A stretch of 34,607 nt of DNA from a candidate division WOR-3 bacterium. Its GTDB lineage: Bacteria > Hydrothermota > Tepidihabitantia > Tepidihabitantales > CAIPLT01. The notes below the pieces were generated by a model. It was not told the DNA's origin. It did not search any database and saw only the letters and a program-made list of their open reading frames with translations. Positions 1 to 8,155 of the stretch are shown in pieces. How positions within the stretch are numbered: position 1 is the stretch's first letter; each line of letters begins with the position of its first letter. Location of the stretch: positions 29,088 through 63,694 of the forward strand of contig CBFGJZ010000007.1 of the NCBI GenBank assembly GCA_965649215.1, given 5' to 3'. Made by a program: the position numbers and the translations under genes.

Positions 1-261
1 TTTTCAGGTAAAAAACATAGTATCTTTGAAGAAACATTACCTGAACCAGACCCATCGGCTTTAAGATTTACAACAATAACAATTCCAATACAAATTCAAG
101 GGAAACTTCGTTCTAAAATTGAAGTTTCCATTGATGTATCAGACGAAGAGATCAAAAAACAAGCACTTGAAGATGAGAAAGTTAAAAAGTGGGTGGAAGG
201 TAAAAATGTTAAACAGATAATTTATGTTCCAAAGAAATTAATAAACATTGTCCTACAATAA
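1..261 (+). CDS. leuS: Leucyl-tRNA synthetase, C-terminal end (5'-partial)
   Basis: Not in the ORF track. Frame 1 reads FSGKKHSIFEETLPEPDPSALRFTTITIPIQIQGKLRSKIEV...VKKWVEGKNVKQIIYVPKKLINIVLQ*, matching the LeuRS C-terminal domain signature (VQVNGKLR...IYVPGKLVNIV). TAA at 259-261. Confidence 0.92.
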   Translation, partial: FSGKKHSIFEETLPEPDPSALRFTTITIPIQIQGKLRSKIEVSIDVSDEEIKKQALEDEKVKKWVEGKNVKQIIYVPKKLINIVLQ

Positions 262-533
262 AGAACAATACTTTATATTGCAAAAGCATAATAATATTAA
301 AAGTTAATAATATCTTAATTATTTCAGTTCTGTCGAGTAACGACATTAGAATATTTTATGATTATTCTTTAGAAATTAAAAGTGATCAATTGTAATATGA
401 AAGTTAAGAGCCTGCTTAATTTACTCGGCTGTTATTAGGATAATCTACTCTCCTATCCTTTTGATTATCCATTTTATGGTTAATAGTTAGTGTAATACAT
501 AGTGTTTTAAGCAGTCAAGAGCATGGACAGGGG

Positions 534-612
534 GGATATCCCCTAGGATATCCGAAAGGTTATCCCAGGGATTGTCTGAAGGATTACCTATTTGATGACC
601 TTTGGGATTACC
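534..612. repeat. Degenerate 12-bp-period tandem array of near-palindromic GGATATCC/GGATTACC octamers (7 units)
   Basis: Octamers: GGATATCC 534, GGATATCC 546, GGTTATCC 558, GGATTGTC 569, GGATTACC 581, TGATGACC 593, GGATTACC 605. Spacings are 12, 12, 11, 12, 12, 12. Confidence 0.75.
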
Positions 613-707
613 GAGCACGTAGCGTAGATTGTTAGGAAGAGCGATTGTCTGAATGAAAAAGATTAAACATCAAATTACAAAATAAATGCGAAAGAAACCA
701 ACTGGTT

Positions 708-733
708 TGTCATTCCACACTTGATGCGGAATT
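708..733. repeat. REP-like palindrome TGTCATTCCACACTTGATGCGGAAT
   Basis: Stem ATTCCACA/TGCGGAAT (1 mismatch) with loop CTTGA, preceded by TGTC. Resembles the widespread GTCATTCC...GGAAT(C) dispersed palindrome class. Single copy in this window. Confidence 0.5.
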
Positions 734-836
734 TAGAATTAATTTTAGATATCTGAAATTAGCCACAGGTGAAAACTGAAATAGCATTTGTCATTTGACA
801 TTAATTTGATATTTAAGATTAGGAATTTTGAAATTC
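729..836. repeat. Degenerate heptamer tandem repeats (consensus near GANATTT)
   Basis: GAATTTA GAATTAA...GATATCT GAAATTA (729-761) and GTCATTT GACATTA...GATATTT AAGATTA GGAATTT...GAAATTC (790-836). Confidence 0.45.
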
Positions 837-884
837 TTAAAAGTATCTCAATACATCTCAATGTTTCTTTCTGCAAAATAATCC

Positions 885-912
885 TTGACATTTAAAGAAT
901 TGGAATTAATAT
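885..912 (+). promoter_or_regulatory. Sigma70-type promoter of the accessory cluster
   Basis: TTGACA 885-890, 16-bp spacer, TAATAT 907-912; ATG at 920 follows after 7 nt. Confidence 0.6.
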
Positions 913-919
913 AAAGAAA

Positions 920-1126
920 ATGAGAAATATTAGGGAAAATTTATCCCGTAAAAATATTGATGAAAAAATTTTAGAGGAAAAAATCAGAGGAGTTCCTAAT
1001 ATTGAAATCGGACGCAGATATAAAGTTAGTTTGAAATATATTGAGAAAGTTGCCGTGGATTTAATGTATGTGCATATGCCGAATGCGAATCACTGCGTGA
1101 ATGCAAAAGAAATAGGCATAATATGA
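920..1126 (+). pseudogene. Short HTH-like ORF; probably a truncated or internally deleted gene (possibly the N-terminus of a DNA methyltransferase)
   Basis: 68 aa. ILEEKIRGVPNIEIGRRYKVSLKYIEK looks like a helix-turn-helix. From memory it resembles the N-terminal segment of some N4/N6 DNA MTases, but no MTase motifs follow and the composition changes abruptly near 1050. It could instead be a small intact regulator. Confidence 0.4.
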
Positions 1127-1139
1127 AAGAAGATATGAT

Positions 1140-1913
1140 ATGAGAGAAGAGAAATACACTTGGAAAGAAATTGTAAAGAATGCTTTAAAAGAGTTAGGTA
1201 ACCAAGGGCATCTTTCTGAAATTAATAAAATAGTAGCACGTAATCCAATAGCCAAAATAAAGATTGCAAATAATCCTACTTGGCAGGCAACGATAAGAAG
1301 GGTTGTGCGGCAATATAGAATTTTTGAACCTTTAGGAAAAGGCGTTTATAGGCTATCAGAAGAAATTTCTATAAAACCTGAACCGCAGGAATTTACTAAA
1401 GAGCTAGAAATTAATCACGGGATTGCCCAAGGAATGTTATTGACATTAGGGAAAATTTATGGTTATGAAACTTACACCCCGCCTCGTGATCAAACTATTA
1501 GAACTTTCCAAAATAGACTATTAAGAGATTTTGTAACTGTATCTGATTGTACCAATATTTTTAAGGGCCCAAACTTATCAAAAATTAGAGAGATAGACGC
1601 GTTATGGTTTAATGAGGATGATTATGGGTTATTTCCTTCTTATGCTTTTGAGGTAGAAGAGACGACCAAAGTAAAATCAGGTTTAGATAGATTACTAAAA
1701 ATACCAACAAGATTTCAGTGCAGACTTTTTGTTATCGGCCCGAGCAACAACGAAAAGAAATTATTTGAGAAGTACATCTGCCAGACACCATTCAGAAATT
1801 TTAAAGATAGATTTCAATTCAAACTTTATATAGAATTAGAAAGATTGTATAATAGTGCCCTAAAACATTGTGAGTATCGAGAGCAATTTGGCATTATTGA
1901 AAGACGGAGGTAA
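1140..1913 (+). CDS. Putative restriction-endonuclease-like protein: N-terminal winged helix (HARE-HTH/Mrr-N-like) plus PD-(D/E)XK-like nuclease domain
   Basis: N-terminal TWKEIVKNALKELGNQGHLSEI...TWQATIRRVV...GKGVYRL is a wHTH pattern. C-terminal HGIAQGML...EIDALW...AFEVEETT is a nuclease-fold pattern of the D...ExE variant. Confidence 0.65.
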   Translation: MREEKYTWKEIVKNALKELGNQGHLSEINKIVARNPIAKIKIANNPTWQATIRRVVRQYRIFEPLGKGVYRLSEEISIKPEPQEFTKELEINHGIAQGMLLTLGKIYGYETYTPPRDQTIRTFQNRLLRDFVTVSDCTNIFKGPNLSKIREIDALWFNEDDYGLFPSYAFEVEETTKVKSGLDRLLKIPTRFQCRLFVIGPSNNEKKLFEKYICQTPFRNFKDRFQFKLYIELERLYNSALKHCEYREQFGIIERRR

Positions 1914-1915
1914 TT

Positions 1916-2182
1916 ATGATAGAAGTTGAAAGTGATATACTTTCTGAAGTTATTGAATGTAAAAGTTACCACCAGCCTGTTCCGGAGTACGGAGAAAGAG
2001 CATGGGTAGCGAAAGGCAAAAGTGTAGATGTTGTGTATTGGGATACCGGTAATACTTGGTGTACCATATTAGATGTTATTCCGAAAACTAGAAAAGGACA
2101 AAGGGAAGTTTTGAAATTTTATAAGAGACTTCAAAGTGTGATAACTAAATGCTATGACAACAATGGATATCGGATTGTTTAA
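1916..2182 (+). CDS. Hypothetical protein (88 aa)
   Basis: Strong SD (GGAGGT, 1906-1911) overlapping the end of the upstream gene; 2-bp gap suggests translational coupling. No family recognised. Confidence 0.7.
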   Translation: MIEVESDILSEVIECKSYHQPVPEYGERAWVAKGKSVDVVYWDTGNTWCTILDVIPKTRKGQREVLKFYKRLQSVITKCYDNNGYRIV

Positions 2183-2191
2183 ACTTAATAT

Positions 2192-2354
2192 ATGACTCTG
2201 CAAAACATTGAACCAAATACTGAAATCATAAAACTAAGGTAGTTTATTGGCGATTAGTCTATTATGTGATATCTGTAACGGCACGCATCCAGTTAAAGCA
2301 TTACTAAAAGCCAATTTAGACATAAGACCAAAGAAAATTCCGGAAAGAAGGTAA
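2192..2354 (+). pseudogene. Possible frameshifted small-gene fragment
   Basis: MTLQNIEPNTEIIKLR* from 2192, then in a shifted frame GSLLAISLLCDICNGTHPVKALLKANLDIRPKKIPERR* ending at 2354, which contains a CxxC..H motif. Confidence 0.3.
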
Positions 2355-2449
2355 TTTCAAGTAGGAGTTTTTAAGACAATATTTCTCAATTAAACCATAT
2401 AATAAATTTTCTGAGAATCTTAGTAATATTCATTTAGTCTAAAAATTAT

Positions 2450-5011
2450 ATGAAACTTGATAAGTTTACACGAAAAACTGCGGAAGCATTGGAACTGGCG
2501 CAGAATACCGCAAGTGAGTATAGGCATCAGGAGATTGGAAATATCCATCTTTTGTATGCTCTTTTAACCCAAGAGGATTCGTTAGTCCAGCAGATTTTAT
2601 CTAAAATTAATGTACCCATTACTGATTTTCAAGCACGAGTTAAAAATGAACTTGCTAAATTACCAAGTGTAGAAGGTTCGGGGCAGTTTTATCTGTCACG
2701 AGAACTTAATACGGTTTTATTAGATGCGGAAAAAGAAGCGAAAAAGATGGGCGATGAGTTTGTTGCAACTGAACATATTCTCTTGGCAATGTGTAATCTT
2801 AAATCCGGGGAAATTGCAAGATTATTTAAAGAATATAATATCTCAAGAGATAGTATTCTCAGTGTCCTAAAATCAATTCGGGGTAATCAAAGAATCACTG
2901 ACCCAGAAGCAGAAACTACTTATCAAGCATTGCAAAAGTTTTCCAGAGATGTCACTGAACTGGCAAAACAAGGTAAATTAGACCCGGTTATCGGTCGAGA
3001 TGATGAAATAAGACGAGTTATTCAAGTTCTATCAAGACGGACTAAAAATAATCCAGTTCTAATTGGTGAAGCCGGTGTTGGTAAAACTGCAATTGTTGAA
3101 GGTCTTGCACAAAGAATTGTTAGGGGAGATGTGCCAGAAAGTTTGCAAGACCGAAAAGTTGTTGCGCTTGATATGGGCGCTTTAATTGCAGGTACAAAGT
3201 ATCGCGGTGAGTTTGAAAACCGCTTAAAAGCAGTTCTAAGGGATGTGGCAAGTTCTGAAGGTAAAATTATTCTGTTTATTGATGAATTGCATACCGTGGT
3301 TGGCGCAGGCGCAGCAGAAGGTGCAATTGATGCAGGTAATCTGCTTAAACCAATGCTTGCTCGTGGCGAATTGCGTTGTATTGGTGCGACTACTCTTAAT
3401 GAGTATCGTAAATATATTGAGAAAGATAAGGCATTGGAAAGACGATTTCAGCCAGTATTTGTATCACAACCAACCGTCGAAGATACAATCTCAATTCTAA
3501 GAGGATTAAAAGAGCGATATGAAATTCATCATGGCGTGAAAATATCTGATTCAGCATTAGTTGCTGCAGCAGTTTTATCTAATCGCTATATAACGGATAG
3601 ATTTTTGCCCGACAAAGCAATTGATTTAGTTGATGAAGCAGCAGCAAAATTAAAGATGGAGATTACATCAAAACCATTAGCATTAGATGAAGTTGACCGC
3701 AAGATTATGCAATTAGAAATGGAAAAATTGTCTTTGAAAAATGATATTGATGCCAAAGATAAAGTTAAAGAGATTGATAAAGAGATTAGTGAATTAAAAG
3801 AACAGAAAAAACATTTAGAATTGCAATGGCAACAGGAACGAGAACTTTTAACGTCAATTAAGAATTTAAAAGCTGAGATAGAGAAAACTATGCTTGAGAT
3901 CGAAAAAGCAAAACGGGTTTATGACTTGAATTTAGCAGCACAACTGGAATATTCAAAGTTAACAGAATTAAAGAACGAATTGAAGAAAAAAGAAGAAGCA
4001 TTGGCAAAGTTTCAGAAGAATGGCAAGACTTTACTTCGCGAACAAGTCACAGAGCAAGATATCGCTGAAATTGTTTCTAAATGGACAGGTGTTCCCGTTC
4101 AGAATATTTTAGAATCAGAAAGAGAACGATTGCGTCATTTAGAAGACTATTTACATCAAAGAATTATTGGACAAGATGAAGCGGTTCAAGCAGTTGCTGA
4201 TGCGATTCGACGAGCAAGAGTTGGCTTGGGTGATAGAAACCGACCAATTGGTAGTTTTATCTTTTTAGGTCCAACTGGCGTTGGGAAGACTGAACTTGCA
4301 AAGACACTGGCTGCATTTTTATTTGATTCAGAAGATGCAATGGTGCGTTTAGATATGAGTGAATATATGGAAAAGCATACAGTCTCAAGATTAATCGGCG
4401 CACCACCGGGTTATGTGGGCTATGAAGAAGGTGGTCAGTTAACAGAAGCAGTAAGACGAAGACCATATCGTGTTATCTTACTTGATGAAATAGAAAAAGC
4501 ACATCCAGATGTGTTTAATATCTTACTACAGATATTAGATGATGGTCGTTTAACTGATGGACAAGGTAGAACCGTTGATTTTAAGAATACAATTATCATA
4601 ATGACATCTAATGTTGGTACTGAATTATTGTCAGCTAAAAAGATTGATAAAGAAATGCTTTATGATGTCTTAAAAAAGACATTTCGTCCTGAATTTTTAA
4701 ATAGAATTGATGAGATTATTGTGTTTAATCGATTGTCTAAAAGTGATATGCGTAAGATTGTTGATTTGCAATTAAATCTACTTGCAAATAGATTAAAAGA
4801 TAATGATATTGAAATTAGTATCAACAACGAAGTTAAAGAAAAACTTGTCGAAGAAGGTTTTGACCCTGAATATGGAGCAAGACCATTAAAACGGACGATC
4901 CAGAGATTAATCGAAAATCCACTTGCTAAATTCTTGCTAGAAGGTAAACCTAAAAAAATAGAGGTAAGTATAAAGAATAATCAAATTGTCTTTTCTCCTC
5001 TCTATGATTAA
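2450..5011 (+). CDS. clpB: ATP-dependent chaperone ClpB
   Basis: Clp N repeats; two AAA+ modules ([35 protein letters not shown]); long coiled-coil M-domain; 853 aa. Confidence 0.97.
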   Translation: MKLDKFTRKTAEALELAQNTASEYRHQEIGNIHLLYALLTQEDSLVQQILSKINVPITDFQARVKNELAKLPSVEGSGQFYLSRELNTVLLDAEKEAKKMGDEFVATEHILLAMCNLKSGEIARLFKEYNISRDSILSVLKSIRGNQRITDPEAETTYQALQKFSRDVTELAKQGKLDPVIGRDDEIRRVIQVLSRRTKNNPVLIGEAGVGKTAIVEGLAQRIVRGDVPESLQDRKVVALDMGALIAGTKYRGEFENRLKAVLRDVASSEGKIILFIDELHTVVGAGAAEGAIDAGNLLKPMLARGELRCIGATTLNEYRKYIEKDKALERRFQPVFVSQPTVEDTISILRGLKERYEIHHGVKISDSALVAAAVLSNRYITDRFLPDKAIDLVDEAAAKLKMEITSKPLALDEVDRKIMQLEMEKLSLKNDIDAKDKVKEIDKEISELKEQKKHLELQWQQERELLTSIKNLKAEIEKTMLEIEKAKRVYDLNLAAQLEYSKLTELKNELKKKEEALAKFQKNGKTLLREQVTEQDIAEIVSKWTGVPVQNILESERERLRHLEDYLHQRIIGQDEAVQAVADAIRRARVGLGDRNRPIGSFIFLGPTGVGKTELAKTLAAFLFDSEDAMVRLDMSEYMEKHTVSRLIGAPPGYVGYEEGGQLTEAVRRRPYRVILLDEIEKAHPDVFNILLQILDDGRLTDGQGRTVDFKNTIIIMTSNVGTELLSAKKIDKEMLYDVLKKTFRPEFLNRIDEIIVFNRLSKSDMRKIVDLQLNLLANRLKDNDIEISINNEVKEKLVEEGFDPEYGARPLKRTIQRLIENPLAKFLLEGKPKKIEVSIKNNQIVFSPLYD

Positions 5012-5148
5012 CAAATTGAGACATTATTTGACATCCCCTTTCAATCTCATATTACAAAATATGGTTTCAATTATTTTATATTTGTCTATGTGTTTATTAA
5101 TGAATAAGTTGAATAATACGGAGAAAGTAAATTGTTAGGTTTTTTGGC

Positions 5149-5176
5149 TTGACAAGAAAAATGCTTTCTATATAAT
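5149..5176 (+). promoter_or_regulatory. Consensus sigma70 promoter of the secreted protein gene
   Basis: TTGACA 5149-5154, 16-bp spacer, TATAAT 5171-5176. Confidence 0.7.
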
Positions 5177-5315
5177 ATAATGCTGTGGGCATCCGTGATA
5201 TAATGGTTTATAATAAAGTAGCATCCAAAACAAAATTTAGGGATGTGATATTAATTTGTGGTTGGTGTGGCACCATCCTAAATATTGCCACAATAAATAA
5301 AAAATGGAGGAATCT

Positions 5316-8069
5316 ATGAAAAAATATATACCAATAATGCTTATATTACTTATAAGCGGAACTTTATTGGCTCAAACTCATGCAATTAATGGAATGGCGT
5401 CTACGCCCAGTCCGACCGCAGTAGTAATTACCGAAAGTTTTGAAGGTACAACATTTCCGCCAACTGGATGGTCACAACTCGATCCCGATGGACCTAACAA
5501 TACAACTGCTGTTTGGTATCGTGAAAATCTTGGTACTAATGCATATGACGGAAGTTGGGTTGCCGCTTTACGACGAGATAACGATTGGTTGATTACACCT
5601 TTAGTTAATATTGTTGATGGTAGTTCAATATCCTATTGGGCTAAGCTAAGCAATAATAATGACGGTGTTTATGTTCAATTTAAATACAGTACTGATTATG
5701 TCAACTGGTATGACATTGGACCATCAGAAAATATTCCTGGAAGTGTAATTGGTTGGACATATCATTCTTATACTTTTAACACAAATATTGGTCCAGCTTA
5801 TATCGCTTTTGCTGGAACAGGGAATGCCAATGGTTGGATGTATATTGATTATGTACAATATAACGAACCAGGTATTGACATTACATTTGATTACACAGGT
5901 ATTAATCCGAGTTATACAGGAACAGTCCTTACAGTTACAACTACCGCAGGAACCACAAATTATACTTTAGCAAGTAGCTGGCCTGTAACTATCAATGTTG
6001 CCGCTAATAGTAATGTTACTTATAGTTGGCATTCGCCATTAGTTGACGGTGGTACGAGAAATTTATGGAGTTCGACTACGGGTACCTTAGGTCAAACTCT
6101 ACAATCTAATACCTTTACGGTAACAACTGCAGGTACAGTGATTGGTAATTATTCAACACAATATTTAGTTCATTATACCGCAAATGTACCTGTGACAGTA
6201 CCACCAGATGAATGGGTAAATGCAAACGATCCTGCAACTGGTGTTTATACCTCGCCTCAGTATAATATGGCTGGTACTATTAAATATGTTTATGTCTCAG
6301 ATGACCGACCGAGCTCAATTACTGGCCCAACCACGATTAATGCTACATATGACACTTATTATTGGGTGACATATACGACGAATCCGGCTGGTTTAGTATC
6401 GCCATCAGCAGAATGGGTTAAGCATGGTGATGCGGCGACAGGTGTATTTACAACTCCGCAATATGATATGGCAGGTACAACCAAATATGTGTTTACAGGT
6501 GATGATCGGCCAGCAACAATTACTGCACCGACATTAATAACTGGTAGTTTTGATACTTATTATTTATTAGCAGTTGACGTGAACCCGACAGGTGTTAGTA
6601 CTCAAACTGGTGCAGGTTGGTATTTAGCTAATGCTAATGCTCCAATCACAACTGCAGATGAATATGTTGATATTATTAGTGGTTCATCACGATATCATTT
6701 TACAGGATGGACAGGTAATGGCATTGACGACCCAACACTCTTGTCTACAACGGTCCTTATGGATGCTCCTAAAACCGTAACAGCAAATTATGAAATTGAA
6801 TATAAATTAACAATGTCTGCTAATCTTGGTACAACAGACCCAAGTATTGGTGAACATTGGTATCCAGAAGGTACAGTCTTAACTATTGAAGCATATGCAC
6901 CAGGACCAGGTTATATATTTAACGGTTGGACGGGCACAGGTTCAGGTTCTTATACAGGACTTGATAATCCGGCGATCAATGCGATTACAATGAATGAAGC
7001 AATTACTCAATATGCAGAATGGATTAGCGATCAACTCTATACTCTAACACTTATTACTGATCCATTAGATTTAACATTACCAAGCGGTGGTGGCGATTAT
7101 ATGCCTGAGGCAACTGCATATATTAGCACAGAGAATCCTGTTGATAGTACACCATATTTCTGGTTTTTCGCTGGTTGGACAACAGATGATATGACCGAAA
7201 TTGACGACCCATGGAATCCTTCAACAAGTGTTTATATGGATAAAAGCAAAACCGTAGTTGCACATTATCAAGCAATGATGAGACGGAATTGTGCTCGAAC
7301 CATTGGTTTCTGGGGCAATCGAAATGGATTAGCATATCTAACGCTTGATGATGCAATTTACTTTAATAGCTTACCACCTTATGCTACTTGGACAAATTAT
7401 CCCAAACAACCTGCAGGGTCAACACCATTTAATACAACTGATTTAGCTACTTTCAGAAATCAAGTAAATGGCTATTTGAGAAATGCGAATGCCCAAAATA
7501 TGGGTTATATGCTCGCTGCTCAATTACTAGCAACTTTGCTTAGCGAAAAGTATTTCTGTCTTGATGTTTCAGATGTAGTTTGGGTTGATGATAATGATAT
7601 GGTATATGAACCAGGTGAAGGTTGGTTAATTGGCGATATTATTAGTGGTGCAATAGATGCTTGGGTGACTGGTGAAAATCAAAACTTCTATAAGAATCTT
7701 CTTGATAAAATCAATAATAACTATTTATGGTTTGTTGTAACTCCAATGCCGATTACAAAAGTAAATAATAATACAACACCCGCACCAATGATTGATAACA
7801 CCTTTAATGAGATGAAACCTTCGATTACCATTGCGCCAAATCCGATTCGAAACAATGCGACAATTCGTTATAATGTTCCTGCTTCTGGAAAAGTCTCAAT
7901 TAAACTCTATAATAGCAGCGGAAGATTAACTGAAATAATTCATGATGGTTATTTGCAGACAGGAAATTATTCTAATTCTCTATCAACGCAGAAACTTGCA
8001 AAAGGCATCTATTTCTTACGATATGAAGATGCAACTAATCGACTTGAACTCAAGATAGTAGTACAATAA
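5316..8069 (+). CDS. Large secreted adhesin-like protein: choice-of-anchor J/cleaved-adhesin-like domain, InlB-B-like beta repeats and a Por/T9SS-type C-terminal domain
   Basis: Signal peptide MKKYIPIMLILLISGTLLA; GGAGG at 5306-5310 favours ATG 5316 over the track start at 5304. ESFEGTTFPPTGW...DWLITP; repeats with YxFxGWTG...TVxMDxPKTVTANY; C-terminal IAPNPIR...SIKLYNSSGR...LAKGIYFLR...KIVVQ. Confidence 0.85.
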   Translation: MKKYIPIMLILLISGTLLAQTHAINGMASTPSPTAVVITESFEGTTFPPTGWSQLDPDGPNNTTAVWYRENLGTNAYDGSWVAALRRDNDWLITPLVNIVDGSSISYWAKLSNNNDGVYVQFKYSTDYVNWYDIGPSENIPGSVIGWTYHSYTFNTNIGPAYIAFAGTGNANGWMYIDYVQYNEPGIDITFDYTGINPSYTGTVLTVTTTAGTTNYTLASSWPVTINVAANSNVTYSWHSPLVDGGTRNLWSSTTGTLGQTLQSNTFTVTTAGTVIGNYSTQYLVHYTANVPVTVPPDEWVNANDPATGVYTSPQYNMAGTIKYVYVSDDRPSSITGPTTINATYDTYYWVTYTTNPAGLVSPSAEWVKHGDAATGVFTTPQYDMAGTTKYVFTGDDRPATITAPTLITGSFDTYYLLAVDVNPTGVSTQTGAGWYLANANAPITTADEYVDIISGSSRYHFTGWTGNGIDDPTLLSTTVLMDAPKTVTANYEIEYKLTMSANLGTTDPSIGEHWYPEGTVLTIEAYAPGPGYIFNGWTGTGSGSYTGLDNPAINAITMNEAITQYAEWISDQLYTLTLITDPLDLTLPSGGGDYMPEATAYISTENPVDSTPYFWFFAGWTTDDMTEIDDPWNPSTSVYMDKSKTVVAHYQAMMRRNCARTIGFWGNRNGLAYLTLDDAIYFNSLPPYATWTNYPKQPAGSTPFNTTDLATFRNQVNGYLRNANAQNMGYMLAAQLLATLLSEKYFCLDVSDVVWVDDNDMVYEPGEGWLIGDIISGAIDAWVTGENQNFYKNLLDKINNNYLWFVVTPMPITKVNNNTTPAPMIDNTFNEMKPSITIAPNPIRNNATIRYNVPASGKVSIKLYNSSGRLTEIIHDGYLQTGNYSNSLSTQKLAKGIYFLRYEDATNRLELKIVVQ

Positions 8070-8088
8070 AATATAAAAAATAACATAC

Positions 8089-8115
8089 GGGGGTTCATTA
8101 GAACCCCCTTTTTTT
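8089..8115 (+). terminator. Rho-independent terminator
   Basis: GGGGGTTC-ATTA-GAACCCCC followed by T7. Confidence 0.9.
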
Positions 8116-8120
8116 ATGTA

Positions 8121-8149
8121 TTGACCACATAATTTTTTGCGGTTAAGAT
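8121..8149 (+). promoter_or_regulatory. Promoter of recJ
   Basis: TTGACC 8121-8126, 17-bp spacer, TAAGAT 8144-8149; GTG at 8156 follows after 6 nt. Confidence 0.55.
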
Positions 8150-8155
8150 AATTAT

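Noticed and set aside
416..472. 18-aa minus-strand ORF MDNQKDRRVDYPNNSRVN behind a weak promoter
   Set aside because: Too short, hydrophilic, no SD and no recognisable family; cannot be supported as a gene or type I toxin.
534..612. CRISPR array or coding GYPx repeat
   Set aside because: Units are 12 bp with 4-nt linkers, far too short for repeat-spacer structure; no cas genes; the GYPx frame has no nearby start codon.
1061..1255. 64-aa minus-strand ORF in the track
   Set aside because: Antisense shadow overlapping two better-supported plus-strand ORFs.
2355..2449. Heat-shock operator (CIRCE/CtsR/HAIR) upstream of clpB
   Set aside because: No TTAGCACTC-N9-GAGTGCTAA or clear equivalent; only a weak TTCTCA...TGAGAA pair, expected by chance in AT-rich DNA.
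6159..6557. Diversity-generating retroelement TR/VR pair
   Set aside because: The two copies differ at all base types, mainly synonymous positions rather than adenine-specific; no reverse transcriptase in the window.
3243..7356. Short alternative-frame or antisense ORFs inside clpB and the secreted protein (3243, 4257, 5749, 7123)
   Set aside because: Fully nested in long, motif-supported genes, with no independent signals.
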